IMG/VR virus record: IMGVR_UViG_3300042362_000235
Location: 1 to 59,826 of that record
Length of the DNA: 59,826 bases
Source of the DNA: a virus
Lineage: Duplodnaviria > Caudoviricetes
Direction: 5' to 3' (one strand)
Made by a program: the position numbers and the translations under genes. Below, in pieces: positions 1 to 8,147 of the stretch. The first letter of the stretch is position 1; each line of letters starts with the position of its first letter. A model generated the notes under the pieces. It was not told where the DNA came from, ran no database searches, and worked only from the letters and a program-made list of their open reading frames with translations.

Positions 1-550
1 CAACCTGCTTCGCGAGGGCCTGGACCTGCCCGAGGTGAGCCTGGTGGCCATCCTGGACGCCGACAAGGAAGGCTTCCTGCGCGCCGAGCGCAGCCTGATC
101 CAGACCATCGGCCGTGCGGCGCGCAACCTCAACGGGCGCGCCATCCTCTACGCCGACCGCATCACCGACTCGATGCGCCGGGCGATCGACGAGACCGAGC
201 GCCGCCGCGCGCGCCAGATCGCCTGGAACGAGGCCCACGGCATCGTGCCGCGGGCCTTGAACAAGAAGGTGCGTGACCTGATCGACGGCGTCGTCTCCGA
301 CAAGGCGGCGCGCGAGGACCAGCGCGCTGCCGAGGCCGCGGCCGCCGTCGAGACGATGTCGGAGAAGGACCTGGGCAAGCGCATCAAGGCGCTGGAGAAG
401 CAGATGCTCGAGCACGCGCGCAACCTCGAGTTCGAGAAGGCGGCACGCATCCGCGACCAGCTCGCGCTGCTGCGCGAGCAGGCTTTCGGTGCCGATGGTC
501 ACGACACCAACGTGGTGCCGCTGGCGGCTGCCGGCGGCAAGGGGCGTTGA
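1..550 (+). CDS. uvrB: Excinuclease ABC subunit B, C-terminal part (5' end outside the window)
   Basis: [27 protein letters not shown]...[12 protein letters not shown] helicase motifs; C-terminal UVR coiled coil ([12 protein letters not shown]). Confidence 0.97.
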   Translation, partial: NLLREGLDLPEVSLVAILDADKEGFLRAERSLIQTIGRAARNLNGRAILYADRITDSMRRAIDETERRRARQIAWNEAHGIVPRALNKKVRDLIDGVVSDKAAREDQRAAEAAAAVETMSEKDLGKRIKALEKQMLEHARNLEFEKAARIRDQLALLREQAFGADGHDTNVVPLAAAGGKGR

Positions 551-583
551 GCGATGGCGGCGCGCTTTCGCGTGCTGATGGTG

Positions 584-601
584 TGCATGGGCAATATCTG
601 C
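584..601 (+). repeat. attL core, 18 bp TGCATGGGCAATATCTGC
   Basis: Exact direct repeat of 58189-58206; adjacent to the integrase. Confidence 0.95.
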
Positions 602-613
602 TTTCCCTATGAG

Positions 614-642
614 CGTGCGGTTCGCGTGCGGAATTCGTGCGG
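614..642 (+). promoter_or_regulatory. Putative integrase arm-type sites (3x CGTGCGG, 11-bp period)
   Basis: CGTGCGG at 614, 625 and 636; the same heptamer occurs near attR at 57944 and 58061. Confidence 0.6.
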
Positions 643-688
643 CATGCGCTGAGCTTTCCGGCCCTCCGGCGGCCTGATTCCGGGCATG

Positions 689-710
689 AAAAAGCCCGCC
701 GGAGCGGGCT
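689..710 (-). terminator. Rho-independent terminator downstream of int
   Basis: Minus strand GCCCGC-TCCG-GCGGGC-TTTTT. Confidence 0.75.
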
Positions 711-732
711 GTGACGAGGTCGCGCTGGGCCG

Positions 733-1794
733 TCATCCGACCTTGACCCGGATGGGCTCGACGCCCCGCGGGTTGGCGTACAGGTCGCTCATCCGCTCGG
801 TCTTGTGGCCGAGCAGCGCCTTGGTGTCGACGCCGCCCTGCTCGCGGTACAGGCGCTTGGCCAGGCTGCGGAGTTCGTGGAAGGTCGGCGCTGCTTCGTC
901 CGGGATGCCGGCCATCTCGCGCGCCCGCGTGAACGCCTTGCTCACCGTGTCAGCGAACACCGGCGAGCCGGCAGGCGCGTTGCCGTAGGGCGTGACGTGG
1001 TGAATCAGCCAGGGCGACACGACGCCAGTGCGCTGGGCCAGCACCTCGGCCAGCGACATGCCGACGACCTCCAGGCGGATCGAGGTCGGGATGGCCACGC
1101 GCGCGCCAGTCTTCGGCCTGGTGATGGTCAGCCAGCCATCGGCCACGTCGGCGCGCCGCAGGCCCACCAGCGTCGAGCGGTCGGCGCCGGTCAGCAGGCC
1201 GAGCAGCATCGCCCGGGGCAGCCAGCCCGCGGCCTTCGTGGCGTGCTCGAGGATCGCGCGGAATTGCTCCAGGGTCAGCCGGCCGCGCTTCACGGCGACC
1301 TTCGGCCGGTCGGTGATCTCGGCCGGGTTCGACTCCATCCATCCCAGCGCCTGGCCCTTGCGGCACACAGCCAGCAGGCGTGATCGCAGCGCCTCGGCGG
1401 TGCGTGCCTTGCCGGCCTCCTTGACCTCCTCGAGCAGCTCGGCAACGTCCCGCACGCGCAGCGCAGCGCAGTGGATGTCGCCGAGCTTCGCGCGGATCTT
1501 GGAGTCGAGGGTCTTGGTGCTCTTGCGGGTGTTGCGGTTCGCCGGCTCCGGCATCTTGTCGAGCAGGTCGGCCACGGTCTGCGATGCGCCGGCCAAGCGG
1601 TCGACCAGCGTCGTGCGGTGCTCGGCGATGTACAGGTTGGCCGCAGTCGCTTCTGACTTGGCCACCGCCAGCGGCACGCGACCGATCGGCAGGATGCGGC
1701 CGTCCGGGTGCTCCCAGGCGAAGTAGCCCGGGCGGGGCTCGCGCAGGCCGCGAGGCCAGTCGCGGCGCTTGATCGAGCGGCGTGCAGCGTTCAT
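733..1794 (-). CDS. int: Lambda-type tyrosine integrase
   Basis: N-terminal arm-binding domain ([11 protein letters not shown]), PTFHELRSL (HxxR), LLGH, C-terminal catalytic Tyr (DLYANPRG); ATG overlaps the xis stop. Confidence 0.93.
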   Translation of the reverse strand: MNAARRSIKRRDWPRGLREPRPGYFAWEHPDGRILPIGRVPLAVAKSEATAANLYIAEHRTTLVDRLAGASQTVADLLDKMPEPANRNTRKSTKTLDSKIRAKLGDIHCAALRVRDVAELLEEVKEAGKARTAEALRSRLLAVCRKGQALGWMESNPAEITDRPKVAVKRGRLTLEQFRAILEHATKAAGWLPRAMLLGLLTGADRSTLVGLRRADVADGWLTITRPKTGARVAIPTSIRLEVVGMSLAEVLAQRTGVVSPWLIHHVTPYGNAPAGSPVFADTVSKAFTRAREMAGIPDEAAPTFHELRSLAKRLYREQGGVDTKALLGHKTERMSDLYANPRGVEPIRVKVG

Positions 1795-1991
1795 GCGGCC
1801 CTCAGTCGGTCGACGAGCGACTCGGGCGCACCGGTGATGCGGCGGGCGTCCTCGCGCACGTAGTAGGTGCGCCCGACCTTCTCGGGCAGCGGGTGGATCT
1901 CGCCATCGCGCGCCCAGCGGCGCAGCACCCACAGCGACGGCGGCGGGTCATAGTGCCGTGCGGCCCAATTTTCTAGGGGCACTTTCTTCAT
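1791..1991 (-). CDS. xis: Excisionase
   Basis: LENWAARHYDPPPSLWVLRRWARDGEIHPLPEKVGRTYYV resembles lambda Xis; lies immediately upstream of int. Confidence 0.88.
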   Translation of the reverse strand: MKKVPLENWAARHYDPPPSLWVLRRWARDGEIHPLPEKVGRTYYVREDARRITGAPESLVDRLRAA

Positions 1992-2052
1992 TGCTTCCGC
2001 TCCAACGGGAGCGCCATCAGGATCATGGCGGATGCCCCCAGTTTCGACTCTC

Positions 2053-2151
2053 TCATCGCTTGTCGGTCGTCAACCAGTCGACCAGCGAGGCAATGAGGCC
2101 GATCACGGCCAGCACTGCCACGCAGACGCCAAGCAGTGCCAGCAGATTCAC
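2053..2151 (-). CDS. Small single-TM phage protein
   Basis: GTG start coupled to the upstream stop; hydrophobic 32-aa peptide. Confidence 0.45.
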   Translation of the reverse strand: MNLLALLGVCVAVLAVIGLIASLVDWLTTDKR

Positions 2152-2471
2152 GACGCAGCCCCGCGCTGTCCGCGAGCCTCGGCGATGGCTGCCTCGGTGT
2201 CTGCGTCGACTGCCCGCATCAAGGCCTCGGCATCGCCGGGATCGACGCCGCAGACCTTCAGGGTCCGCACCAGCGTCGCTTCGAGCACCTGCGCCATCAG
2301 GCACAGGGTCTCTTTGCTGGCGTCCTGGTGCAGCGCCGAGTGAAGCAGGGCGGCTTGGCGCGCCGAGCTGACCAAGGCCGCGGCGGTGCGCGCCCGCTCG
2401 TCGCCGATGCGCGCCGCCATCGCCGCGAAGACCTCGCCGACGCGCTCGCCCTTGGCGACGTGGACGTTCAC
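2148..2471 (-). CDS. Hypothetical early phage protein
   Basis: Coupled GTGA overlaps on both sides within the leftward operon. Confidence 0.6.
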   Translation of the reverse strand: MNVHVAKGERVGEVFAAMAARIGDERARTAAALVSSARQAALLHSALHQDASKETLCLMAQVLEATLVRTLKVCGVDPGDAEALMRAVDADTEAAIAEARGQRGAAS

Positions 2472-2713
2472 GGCGCCTCGCCGGCCGTTGCTGGGCCTTG
2501 GGGGTCGTCCTCGCGCGCGCCTGTGGCGTCCTCGATCTCCACGCGGTTGTCGCCGGTCAGCAGCGCGACCAGCTGGTCCTGGCTGGCGACCTCGGCCGTG
2601 TAGGACGTGCGCACGATGTGCGCCAGGGCGCGCGGCGCGTTGGTGGCGCGCACCAGACGCTCCTCGGCGGTGTCGATGTTGCGGACGAGGTAGATGCGGG
2701 TAGGGGTGCTCAC
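2468..2713 (-). CDS. Hypothetical early phage protein
   Basis: RIYLVRNIDTAEERLVRATNAPRALAH; coupled to the recT stop. Confidence 0.65.
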   Translation of the reverse strand: MSTPTRIYLVRNIDTAEERLVRATNAPRALAHIVRTSYTAEVASQDQLVALLTGDNRVEIEDATGAREDDPQGPATAGEAP

Positions 2714-3585
2714 TTGCCACCCCCGGCGCGCTCGGTAGCTTCCATGTCGGCCACGAAGTCGTCCTGCGACGGATCGGGCGGTGGCGGTGCGCCGCCGGTG
2801 ATCTCGCCGGTGTCGGCGTCCACGGTGACCGGCTGCAGGGGGTTGTCCTGCGGCATGTCCAGATCGACGCGCTCGTCCTGCTCGACGGCGCTGGCCAGTT
2901 CGATGCTCACCGGCAGGTACTTGAACAGCCGGCGGATGACCGTCTTCTTGGCCATCTCCTCGTAGTGATCGACCCACGGCCCCGACTGGCCCGCCTTGCT
3001 CTTGGCGCGCACGCGCTCGATCTCGGCGCGGCTCATGACCTCGAACTGGGTGCCGCCGTCCTTGAGCTTGGCCACGGCGTAGACGAACCGCAGCGGGCCG
3101 CGGTCATCTGCCTCCCAGTCGGGCTCGTGCGTCAAGTCGGGGTTGAGGCCGAGGGCGACGTGGAAGCGATCGGCCGCGTAGACGGCGCGGGCCTCCAGCG
3201 ACAGGATCTGGCCGGAGCGCCGGGCGAGGTCGATCATGCCGCGGTAGCCGACGATGAACTGCACTTCGGTGATGCCCTTCTTGCGGTTCTCGAAGGGCAG
3301 CAGGTAGGCGTGGCCCAGTGCGCCGCCGGGCTCAAGCCCCAGCTGCGCGCACTGCATGATCGCGCCGAGGAAGCTGGCCTGGTCGCAACGACCCAGCGCC
3401 GGCACCTTGCGGACCTCGGTGAGGGCGATGCGGGCCAAGCGGTCGGCCGTCATGTGCTTGGGCAGGGCCAGCGCAAGCTGGGCCTTGATCTTGGGGTCGG
3501 TCAGCAGGCCGGCGATGGTCGTCGGCTGCTGCTGGGCGTTGGCCACCTTGCCGGTGACGTGCGCCTTGAGGGCGGTCGTACTCAT
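2710..3585 (-). CDS. recT: RecT single-strand annealing protein
   Basis: ALPKHMTADRLARIALTE, AQLGLEPGGALGHAYLLPF, MAKKTVIRRLFKYLPVSIE. Confidence 0.95.
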   Translation of the reverse strand: MSTTALKAHVTGKVANAQQQPTTIAGLLTDPKIKAQLALALPKHMTADRLARIALTEVRKVPALGRCDQASFLGAIMQCAQLGLEPGGALGHAYLLPFENRKKGITEVQFIVGYRGMIDLARRSGQILSLEARAVYAADRFHVALGLNPDLTHEPDWEADDRGPLRFVYAVAKLKDGGTQFEVMSRAEIERVRAKSKAGQSGPWVDHYEEMAKKTVIRRLFKYLPVSIELASAVEQDERVDLDMPQDNPLQPVTVDADTGEITGGAPPPPDPSQDDFVADMEATERAGGGK

Positions 3586-3588
3586 GGA

Positions 3589-4563
3589 TCAGATGCCTTT
3601 CGTGTCGAAGGACTTGACGGTGAAGACCCGCTTCTCCCACTTCCGGGCGAACTCACGGGCCAGCTTGGGGTGCGCCTCTTTCAGCGCCGTCTCGTCGAGG
3701 TACGACCCGCTGCGCTGCTTCCACTCCACGGCCGTCTTTCCGTTGGGCATGACCAAGGTGGTGCAGTCGCGCATCGCGCGCTTCAACGAGACCTCGATCG
3801 CCTCGGCCTCGGCCTCGCGGGCCTTGACCTCGGCGTTGATCGCGCGCAGCTGCATGACCTGTTCGGTCAGCGCGTCGTCGGCCAGCAGCGGCGCGGCGTC
3901 GGGGTTGTCCTTGTCGAACAACTTCGACAGGTCTTCCAGGGTGGTCGGCTCGGGCGCCACGCCCGCCAGGACGTGATCGAGCCAGAACGCGCTGGCGCGC
4001 TCGCGCAGGGCCGCGATGGTTTCGCCGTCGGCCGGCACGGGGTAGACGCGCAACTCGTCAGCGCCGAACAGCGCGGCCAGCATGCCGTCGCGCCGGCGGG
4101 TGACGCCCAGGCCGTGCATCACCTGCGCGGTGTAGTGAACGGGCAGGCTGTCGCTGCCGCTCTCGCCCCACTCGCGCAGGCGGAACGGGTGAACCGTCTT
4201 CAACTCGCAGTTCGTGATCTCCTCGGCGCCGTCGAGGCGGATCTCGAAGTCGATCTCGGCAGCCAGGAACGGCAACTCCGGGTCGCGGTAGCGGCGGTTG
4301 CTGGCCACGATCTCGACCGTGTGGCCCTGCTCCTGCAGCCGCTCGACCAGCATTTCGGCCACGGCGCCCTCCCAGCGGATGCCGCGCTTGAGAACGGCGC
4401 GCGTCGGGCCGTCGCCGCGCGGCTGGGTCTTGTCGCGCCACAGATCCAGCGGCGTCTTCCAGGGACTGATGCCCAGTACGGCAGCGATGTCACTGCCGCC
4501 CAGGAGCTTGCTGCGGTCGTGCGCGTCGGGCGCGATGACCGCCAACTCGGCGGGGGCGTTCAT
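3589..4563 (-). CDS. YqaJ-like viral recombinase exonuclease (partner of RecT)
   Basis: GGSDIAAVLGISPWKTPLDLW, FLAAEID, ELKT and YTAQVMH motifs. Confidence 0.9.
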   Translation of the reverse strand: MNAPAELAVIAPDAHDRSKLLGGSDIAAVLGISPWKTPLDLWRDKTQPRGDGPTRAVLKRGIRWEGAVAEMLVERLQEQGHTVEIVASNRRYRDPELPFLAAEIDFEIRLDGAEEITNCELKTVHPFRLREWGESGSDSLPVHYTAQVMHGLGVTRRRDGMLAALFGADELRVYPVPADGETIAALRERASAFWLDHVLAGVAPEPTTLEDLSKLFDKDNPDAAPLLADDALTEQVMQLRAINAEVKAREAEAEAIEVSLKRAMRDCTTLVMPNGKTAVEWKQRSGSYLDETALKEAHPKLAREFARKWEKRVFTVKSFDTKGI

Positions 4564-4586
4564 GTGGGGTTGAACTCCTCGTGGGG

Positions 4587-4817
4587 TCAGGGGTGAACGT
4601 CGCCCAGGTACTGGGCGATCTCGCGGACTTCGCTGGCCACGTCGTCGCGGCTCTTGCGGCCGACGAACATCAGGTGGCGCAGGCTCTGCAACTCGTCGAT
4701 GGCCGCGTCCATCGCTTCGAGCAAATCGTCTTCGCCGTCGGGCGGCTCGGCGTTGTCCCAGGCCGCTTGGCCCGCAGCCATCGCGCGGCGCGCGGCGTGG
4801 AATCTGGTGTCGCTCAC
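4587..4817 (-). CDS. Hypothetical early phage protein
   Basis: GTG start coupled to the upstream stop. Confidence 0.55.
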   Translation of the reverse strand: MSDTRFHAARRAMAAGQAAWDNAEPPDGEDDLLEAMDAAIDELQSLRHLMFVGRKSRDDVASEVREIAQYLGDVHP

Positions 4818-5131
4818 GGCTGCCCCCCGGTCGCCTTGGCGACGGCGGCACGGGCCACCTTGTGCAAAGGGGACGCGACCCCATCGCCGTGCGCGCTGGC
4901 GTGGTGGTCCCACAAAGCCACGATGCGGCGCAGGGCGTCCAGCAGCTCGGGGGCGCTGGCGATCAGGCGCGCGTTGGCCTCCACCTCAAGCGACCCCATG
5001 CAGCCCGTCGCGTTGGACAGGTGATGCACGGAGGCGCCGGCCGAGCAGTAGCCCGGCATGAAGATGTTGAAGGCCGAGCGGTCCTCGATCTTGTCGGCGA
5101 ACCACGGGCCGGGGGTGTGCGACTTGCTCAC
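4814..5131 (-). CDS. Conserved phage protein (HTPGPW...ANARLIASAPELL type)
   Basis: Motif pair common in early proteobacterial phage proteins. Confidence 0.7.
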   Translation of the reverse strand: MSKSHTPGPWFADKIEDRSAFNIFMPGYCSAGASVHHLSNATGCMGSLEVEANARLIASAPELLDALRRIVALWDHHASAHGDGVASPLHKVARAAVAKATGGQP

Positions 5132-5328
5132 AGCGGCCACACCACGGCAGCGATGGCGCCGAGCAGCGCCAAGAGCATCACCACGCACCAGCAGCGCCTC
5201 GATCCACTGCGCGGGGAAGTCCGGCTCAGGCTCCTCCTGGGGAACCTGGCAGGCTGCTGGAGAAGGGCAGGGACGACGCCCCTGCTCGCAGGCGTCGGCC
5301 TGACAGCGCATCGGGATGACGCGGCCGG

Positions 5329-5532
5329 TCACAGCAGCGCCCCCATCTCGTTGAGGGCCAGCGCCACCAGCGCCAGGGCGATCGCGACGGCCAGCGCGTC
5401 GCCAGCCAAGCGCTCACGGCGCGAGACGCGCCGGGCAAAACCTTCCAGCGCGCAGGCGTCGCGCACCGGGTCGGTGCTGCGCCGCTGTGCGCGGGTCCAT
5501 GCCTCGGGCGTGTCGAGGAACTGAGGCCGCAT
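5329..5532 (-). CDS. First gene downstream of PL; small protein with C-terminal TM segment
   Basis: Position after the PL promoter; hydrophobic C-terminus; start codon uncertain (5532 or 5553). Confidence 0.5.
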   Translation of the reverse strand: MRPQFLDTPEAWTRAQRRSTDPVRDACALEGFARRVSRRERLAGDALAVAIALALVALALNEMGALL

Positions 5533-5577
5533 CAGCCGCTCCGCCCCCGGCATCAGCCGTTGTCTTGGGGTGCGACT

Positions 5578-5619
5578 ATGTTAGGTGCGCCTTAGTATCT
5601 AGTCAATAGGGGCACCTAA
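5578..5619 (-). promoter_or_regulatory. PL promoter with OL operators
   Basis: TTGACT-17 nt-TAACAT on the minus strand; operator palindromes TTAGGTGCGCCTTA (5581-5594) and ATAGGGGCACCTAA (5606-5619). Confidence 0.8.
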
Positions 5620-5737
5620 GCACCTGGGTTTGAGTGCGTGCCACGCACCGCCGCGCTTCTTCCGCAACCCCCTTATGAGGCGGGCGCCTGGAACAGGGCT
5701 TTGCTACAACATGAGGCCGAGTGCTGCGGGAGAACGC

Positions 5738-6034
5738 ATGAACGCGCTGTATGTCGAGCTGGAAGAGGGGGGGTCTGGCGATGCAAACGGGCTGGTTGGC
5801 ATCGTGCTCTGGCTTGCGGTCTTCTCGGGCCTGCTGTGGGTTTCCGAAAAGCTGAGTCTGAGCGTTCGCGTCACCAGGGCGTTATGGGGCGCGTGCAACT
5901 TCGGCCCGCTTGCTGCATGGCTTGTGGCGGTGCCGACACTCGAAGTCCTGCCCGTGATCGGCGTTGGCGCGGTCGTGGCGTTCAGCTACTGGATGGGAGC
6001 CGAGGCCATCAATGACAAGGACCGAGAGCTGTGA
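5738..6034 (+). CDS. Small multi-pass membrane protein in the immunity region
   Basis: GGAGA RBS; three hydrophobic segments; lower GC than the flanks. Confidence 0.65.
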   Translation: MNALYVELEEGGSGDANGLVGIVLWLAVFSGLLWVSEKLSLSVRVTRALWGACNFGPLAAWLVAVPTLEVLPVIGVGAVVAFSYWMGAEAINDKDREL

Positions 6035-6055
6035 GCGCGACAAGTCGCGTCGCGA

Positions 6056-6670
6056 CTAGAGTCGCAGCAGCAAATCGCTGTGCTCAAGCATGGTAGGGCG
6101 TACATGCTGGCCGAGCGGGCAGAGGAAGACCTGCGCTCCTTCTCGCCTGGCGAACTTCATCGCGGGAACGAAGTCGCTGTCGCCGGACACGAGCACGATG
6201 ACCTGCACTTGGCGCTTGAGCGTCAATGCGGCGATGTCCATGCCGATGCGCATGTCCACGCCCTTCTGGGTGATCTCGGGGCGCAAGTCGTCGGCGCCGA
6301 TGGTGATGGTAGGCCCGGTGGCCTTCGCCAGTTTGCGCGCCGACACCGTCCAGCCGTCGAACGCAAGTTCGCCAAGGCGAAGCGCAAGGAAAGGCTCCTG
6401 GCGGAGTTCTTCGAACAGCTTGAGCACGCGGGCAGCGGTCGGTTGGCGCCCAAAGTCCACACGCTCACCGCTCAGAGGCTTTTGCTCCGCACCCTCGAGC
6501 GGCGCCGAGTCGTAGTAGTAGGCACGATGCAAGCGCATGCCTGCTAGCGCGCCGTGCTGCGTGATGCTGGCCACAAGGGCGCGCACATCAGTGCTGGTCG
6601 CCGGGCGGCTGCTGGATCCAAGCTTGCGGCGGATGAAACCACCGTCTAGCAGCAACGCGAAATGCAGCAT
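6056..6670 (-). CDS. NYN-domain (LabA/DUF88, PIN-like) ribonuclease
   Basis: LLDGGF, YYYD, QKGVDMRIGMD and LVSGDSDFVPAMKFARREG acidic catalytic motifs. Confidence 0.9.
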   Translation of the reverse strand: MLHFALLLDGGFIRRKLGSSSRPATSTDVRALVASITQHGALAGMRLHRAYYYDSAPLEGAEQKPLSGERVDFGRQPTAARVLKLFEELRQEPFLALRLGELAFDGWTVSARKLAKATGPTITIGADDLRPEITQKGVDMRIGMDIAALTLKRQVQVIVLVSGDSDFVPAMKFARREGAQVFLCPLGQHVRPTMLEHSDLLLRL

Positions 6671-6974
6671 ACGTGAGTGGCGACCAAGGGGGTCGGGAGT
6701 CGAAGCCCCCTGTTATATGTCACCCCCGAGGCGGCCGGGTCTGCTATCGGCAGGGCCGAAGTGTGCCACATTGCTGCACCGCAGCGTGGCCAGGGTAAAC
6801 ACCGCTGTCGATCCCCCTCGTTCCCTCTCACGCTGCGTTCGGCTCACCGCCGCAGAGCCACGAAACGCACCACGACGCCACCCCCTTTCGAGTGAACTCC
6901 GTTAGAGGGGTCTTCACGGGTATTGCTGGGTCGCCGAGTGACGGGCTGTGCAAAGCTGTAAATGCGCGCCGAAG

Positions 6975-7490
6975 TCAAGCCGCAAACCGACCCGGCGTTT
7001 CCTGAACCGGCGGCGGAGCGTCGTCCTGGCGCCGCTCGGCGCCGTGGCGCCGGTTGACGCCGTTCCACGGCTGCTCGCCGAGCGCCTGACCCAACCAGCG
7101 CGCCAGCTCGGCGCTGTCGGGGGCCAGCAACAGCGCAGCCCACTTCGCCGTCATGGCCGTGCGTTGCGCCTCGGGCAGTGCGCGCAGGGCGCTGAGCACG
7201 ACGGGCAGGGCTTGCTCGAGGGTAGGCGGGGTCGCCTGTAGCGCCGAGGCGGTTGGCGTCGCCGAGTCGAGCCAGTTCGGAGCCCCGATTCCCTCTCCAA
7301 GCCAAATCGGGTCGCACCTCCACAGCCGGGCGGCGCCCGTCGCGGTTTTCAGCTTGAGCCGCAGGGTCTTGCCGTTGAACCAATCCGTTACCGATGGTGC
7401 CTTGACCCCGGCTGCGCGAGCAATGTCCGCCCTGGAAACGGCTGGATGGCGGCGCTCGCATTCAGTGACTCGATCGCGCAGCGTACTCAT
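6975..7490 (-). CDS. CI-like repressor (XRE-type HTH)
   Basis: SRADIARAAGVKAPSVTDWFNG HTH; divergent from cro across three operators. Confidence 0.85.
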   Translation of the reverse strand: MSTLRDRVTECERRHPAVSRADIARAAGVKAPSVTDWFNGKTLRLKLKTATGAARLWRCDPIWLGEGIGAPNWLDSATPTASALQATPPTLEQALPVVLSALRALPEAQRTAMTAKWAALLLAPDSAELARWLGQALGEQPWNGVNRRHGAERRQDDAPPPVQETPGRFAA

Positions 7491-7555
7491 TAGGGGAGCC
7501 TAGCGGATTGCATCGAAGGTACTCCTTGCTCAAATAGTTAGGTGCGCCTTATCAT
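7490..7555. promoter_or_regulatory. OR operators and PR/PRM promoters
   Basis: TTAGGGGAGCCTAG (7490), GAAGGTACTCCTTG (7515), TTAGGTGCGCCTTA (7538, identical to the OL copy); PR TTGCTC-18 nt-TATCAT. Confidence 0.8.
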
Positions 7556-7561
7556 TCGAGG

Positions 7562-7840
7562 ATGGACATCATCACGACGCTTGGGGGACCCAGCGCGGTG
7601 GCCCGCTTGCTTGGCATCAAGCCGCCGTCTGTGATCGGCTGGCGCGGACGGGTTCCGGCTGACCGTTGCCCCGCCATCGAGCGCGCTACCAACGGCGCCG
7701 CCACCTGCGAGGAACTGCGGCCTGACGTGCGGTGGCATCGCATCCCCGATCCGGACTGGCCGCATGCGGACGGGCGCCCGCTGATCGACGTCGCACCCAC
7801 AGCCGCACCTGCCGCAGGGCAACTTGAGCGAGCGGCGTAG
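7562..7840 (+). CDS. Cro-like (YdaS-type) regulator
   Basis: GGPSAVARLLGIKPPSVIGW...RCPAIERATNGAATCEELRPDVRW. Confidence 0.88.
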   Translation: MDIITTLGGPSAVARLLGIKPPSVIGWRGRVPADRCPAIERATNGAATCEELRPDVRWHRIPDPDWPHADGRPLIDVAPTAAPAAGQLERAA

Positions 7841-7847
7841 GGGCGAC

Positions 7848-8147
7848 ATGCAGCCAGTGTCATCACCCGCCGCGGAGAAAGCACGCAACCTTGAGGCGTA
7901 CCTGCTGCGCCTTGTTGCGCAGCGTTCGCAGACGCGAATCGCCGACGAGATCGGCGTCGATGACTCGACGCTGAACCGCTGGTTGTCCAGCGACGCTGGC
8001 CTCAAGAGGGCGTGCGAGGTGCTGGCCGCGCTGCGCCTGCGGCTCAAGCCCGACGACGAGCCCGACTTTTCGGACTCCTATGTTGGGGCGTTGGAAACGC
8101 TCGCGAGCGTGCAGCTCGACGAGCGGCGCAAGAGGCGGGGCGCATGA
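7848..8147 (+). CDS. CII-like regulator
   Basis: QTRIADEIGVDDSTLNRW HTH; follows cro. Confidence 0.75.
   Translation: MQPVSSPAAEKARNLEAYLLRLVAQRSQTRIADEIGVDDSTLNRWLSSDAGLKRACEVLAALRLRLKPDDEPDFSDSYVGALETLASVQLDERRKRRGA

Larger units (their letters stand above)
554..652 (+). pseudogene. Original 5' end of the LMW protein tyrosine phosphatase, cut off by prophage insertion ([16 protein letters not shown] followed by phage-derived residues and a stop)
   Basis: ATG at 554, 3 nt after the uvrB stop; encodes [10 protein letters not shown]; similarity to the PTP ends exactly at the att core. Confidence 0.9.

Noticed and set aside
733-1794. Prophage integrase as the integron integrase
   Set aside because: It has a lambda-type arm-binding domain, an xis partner and att repeats; no IntI-specific insertion was recognised, and it is 14 kb from the array.
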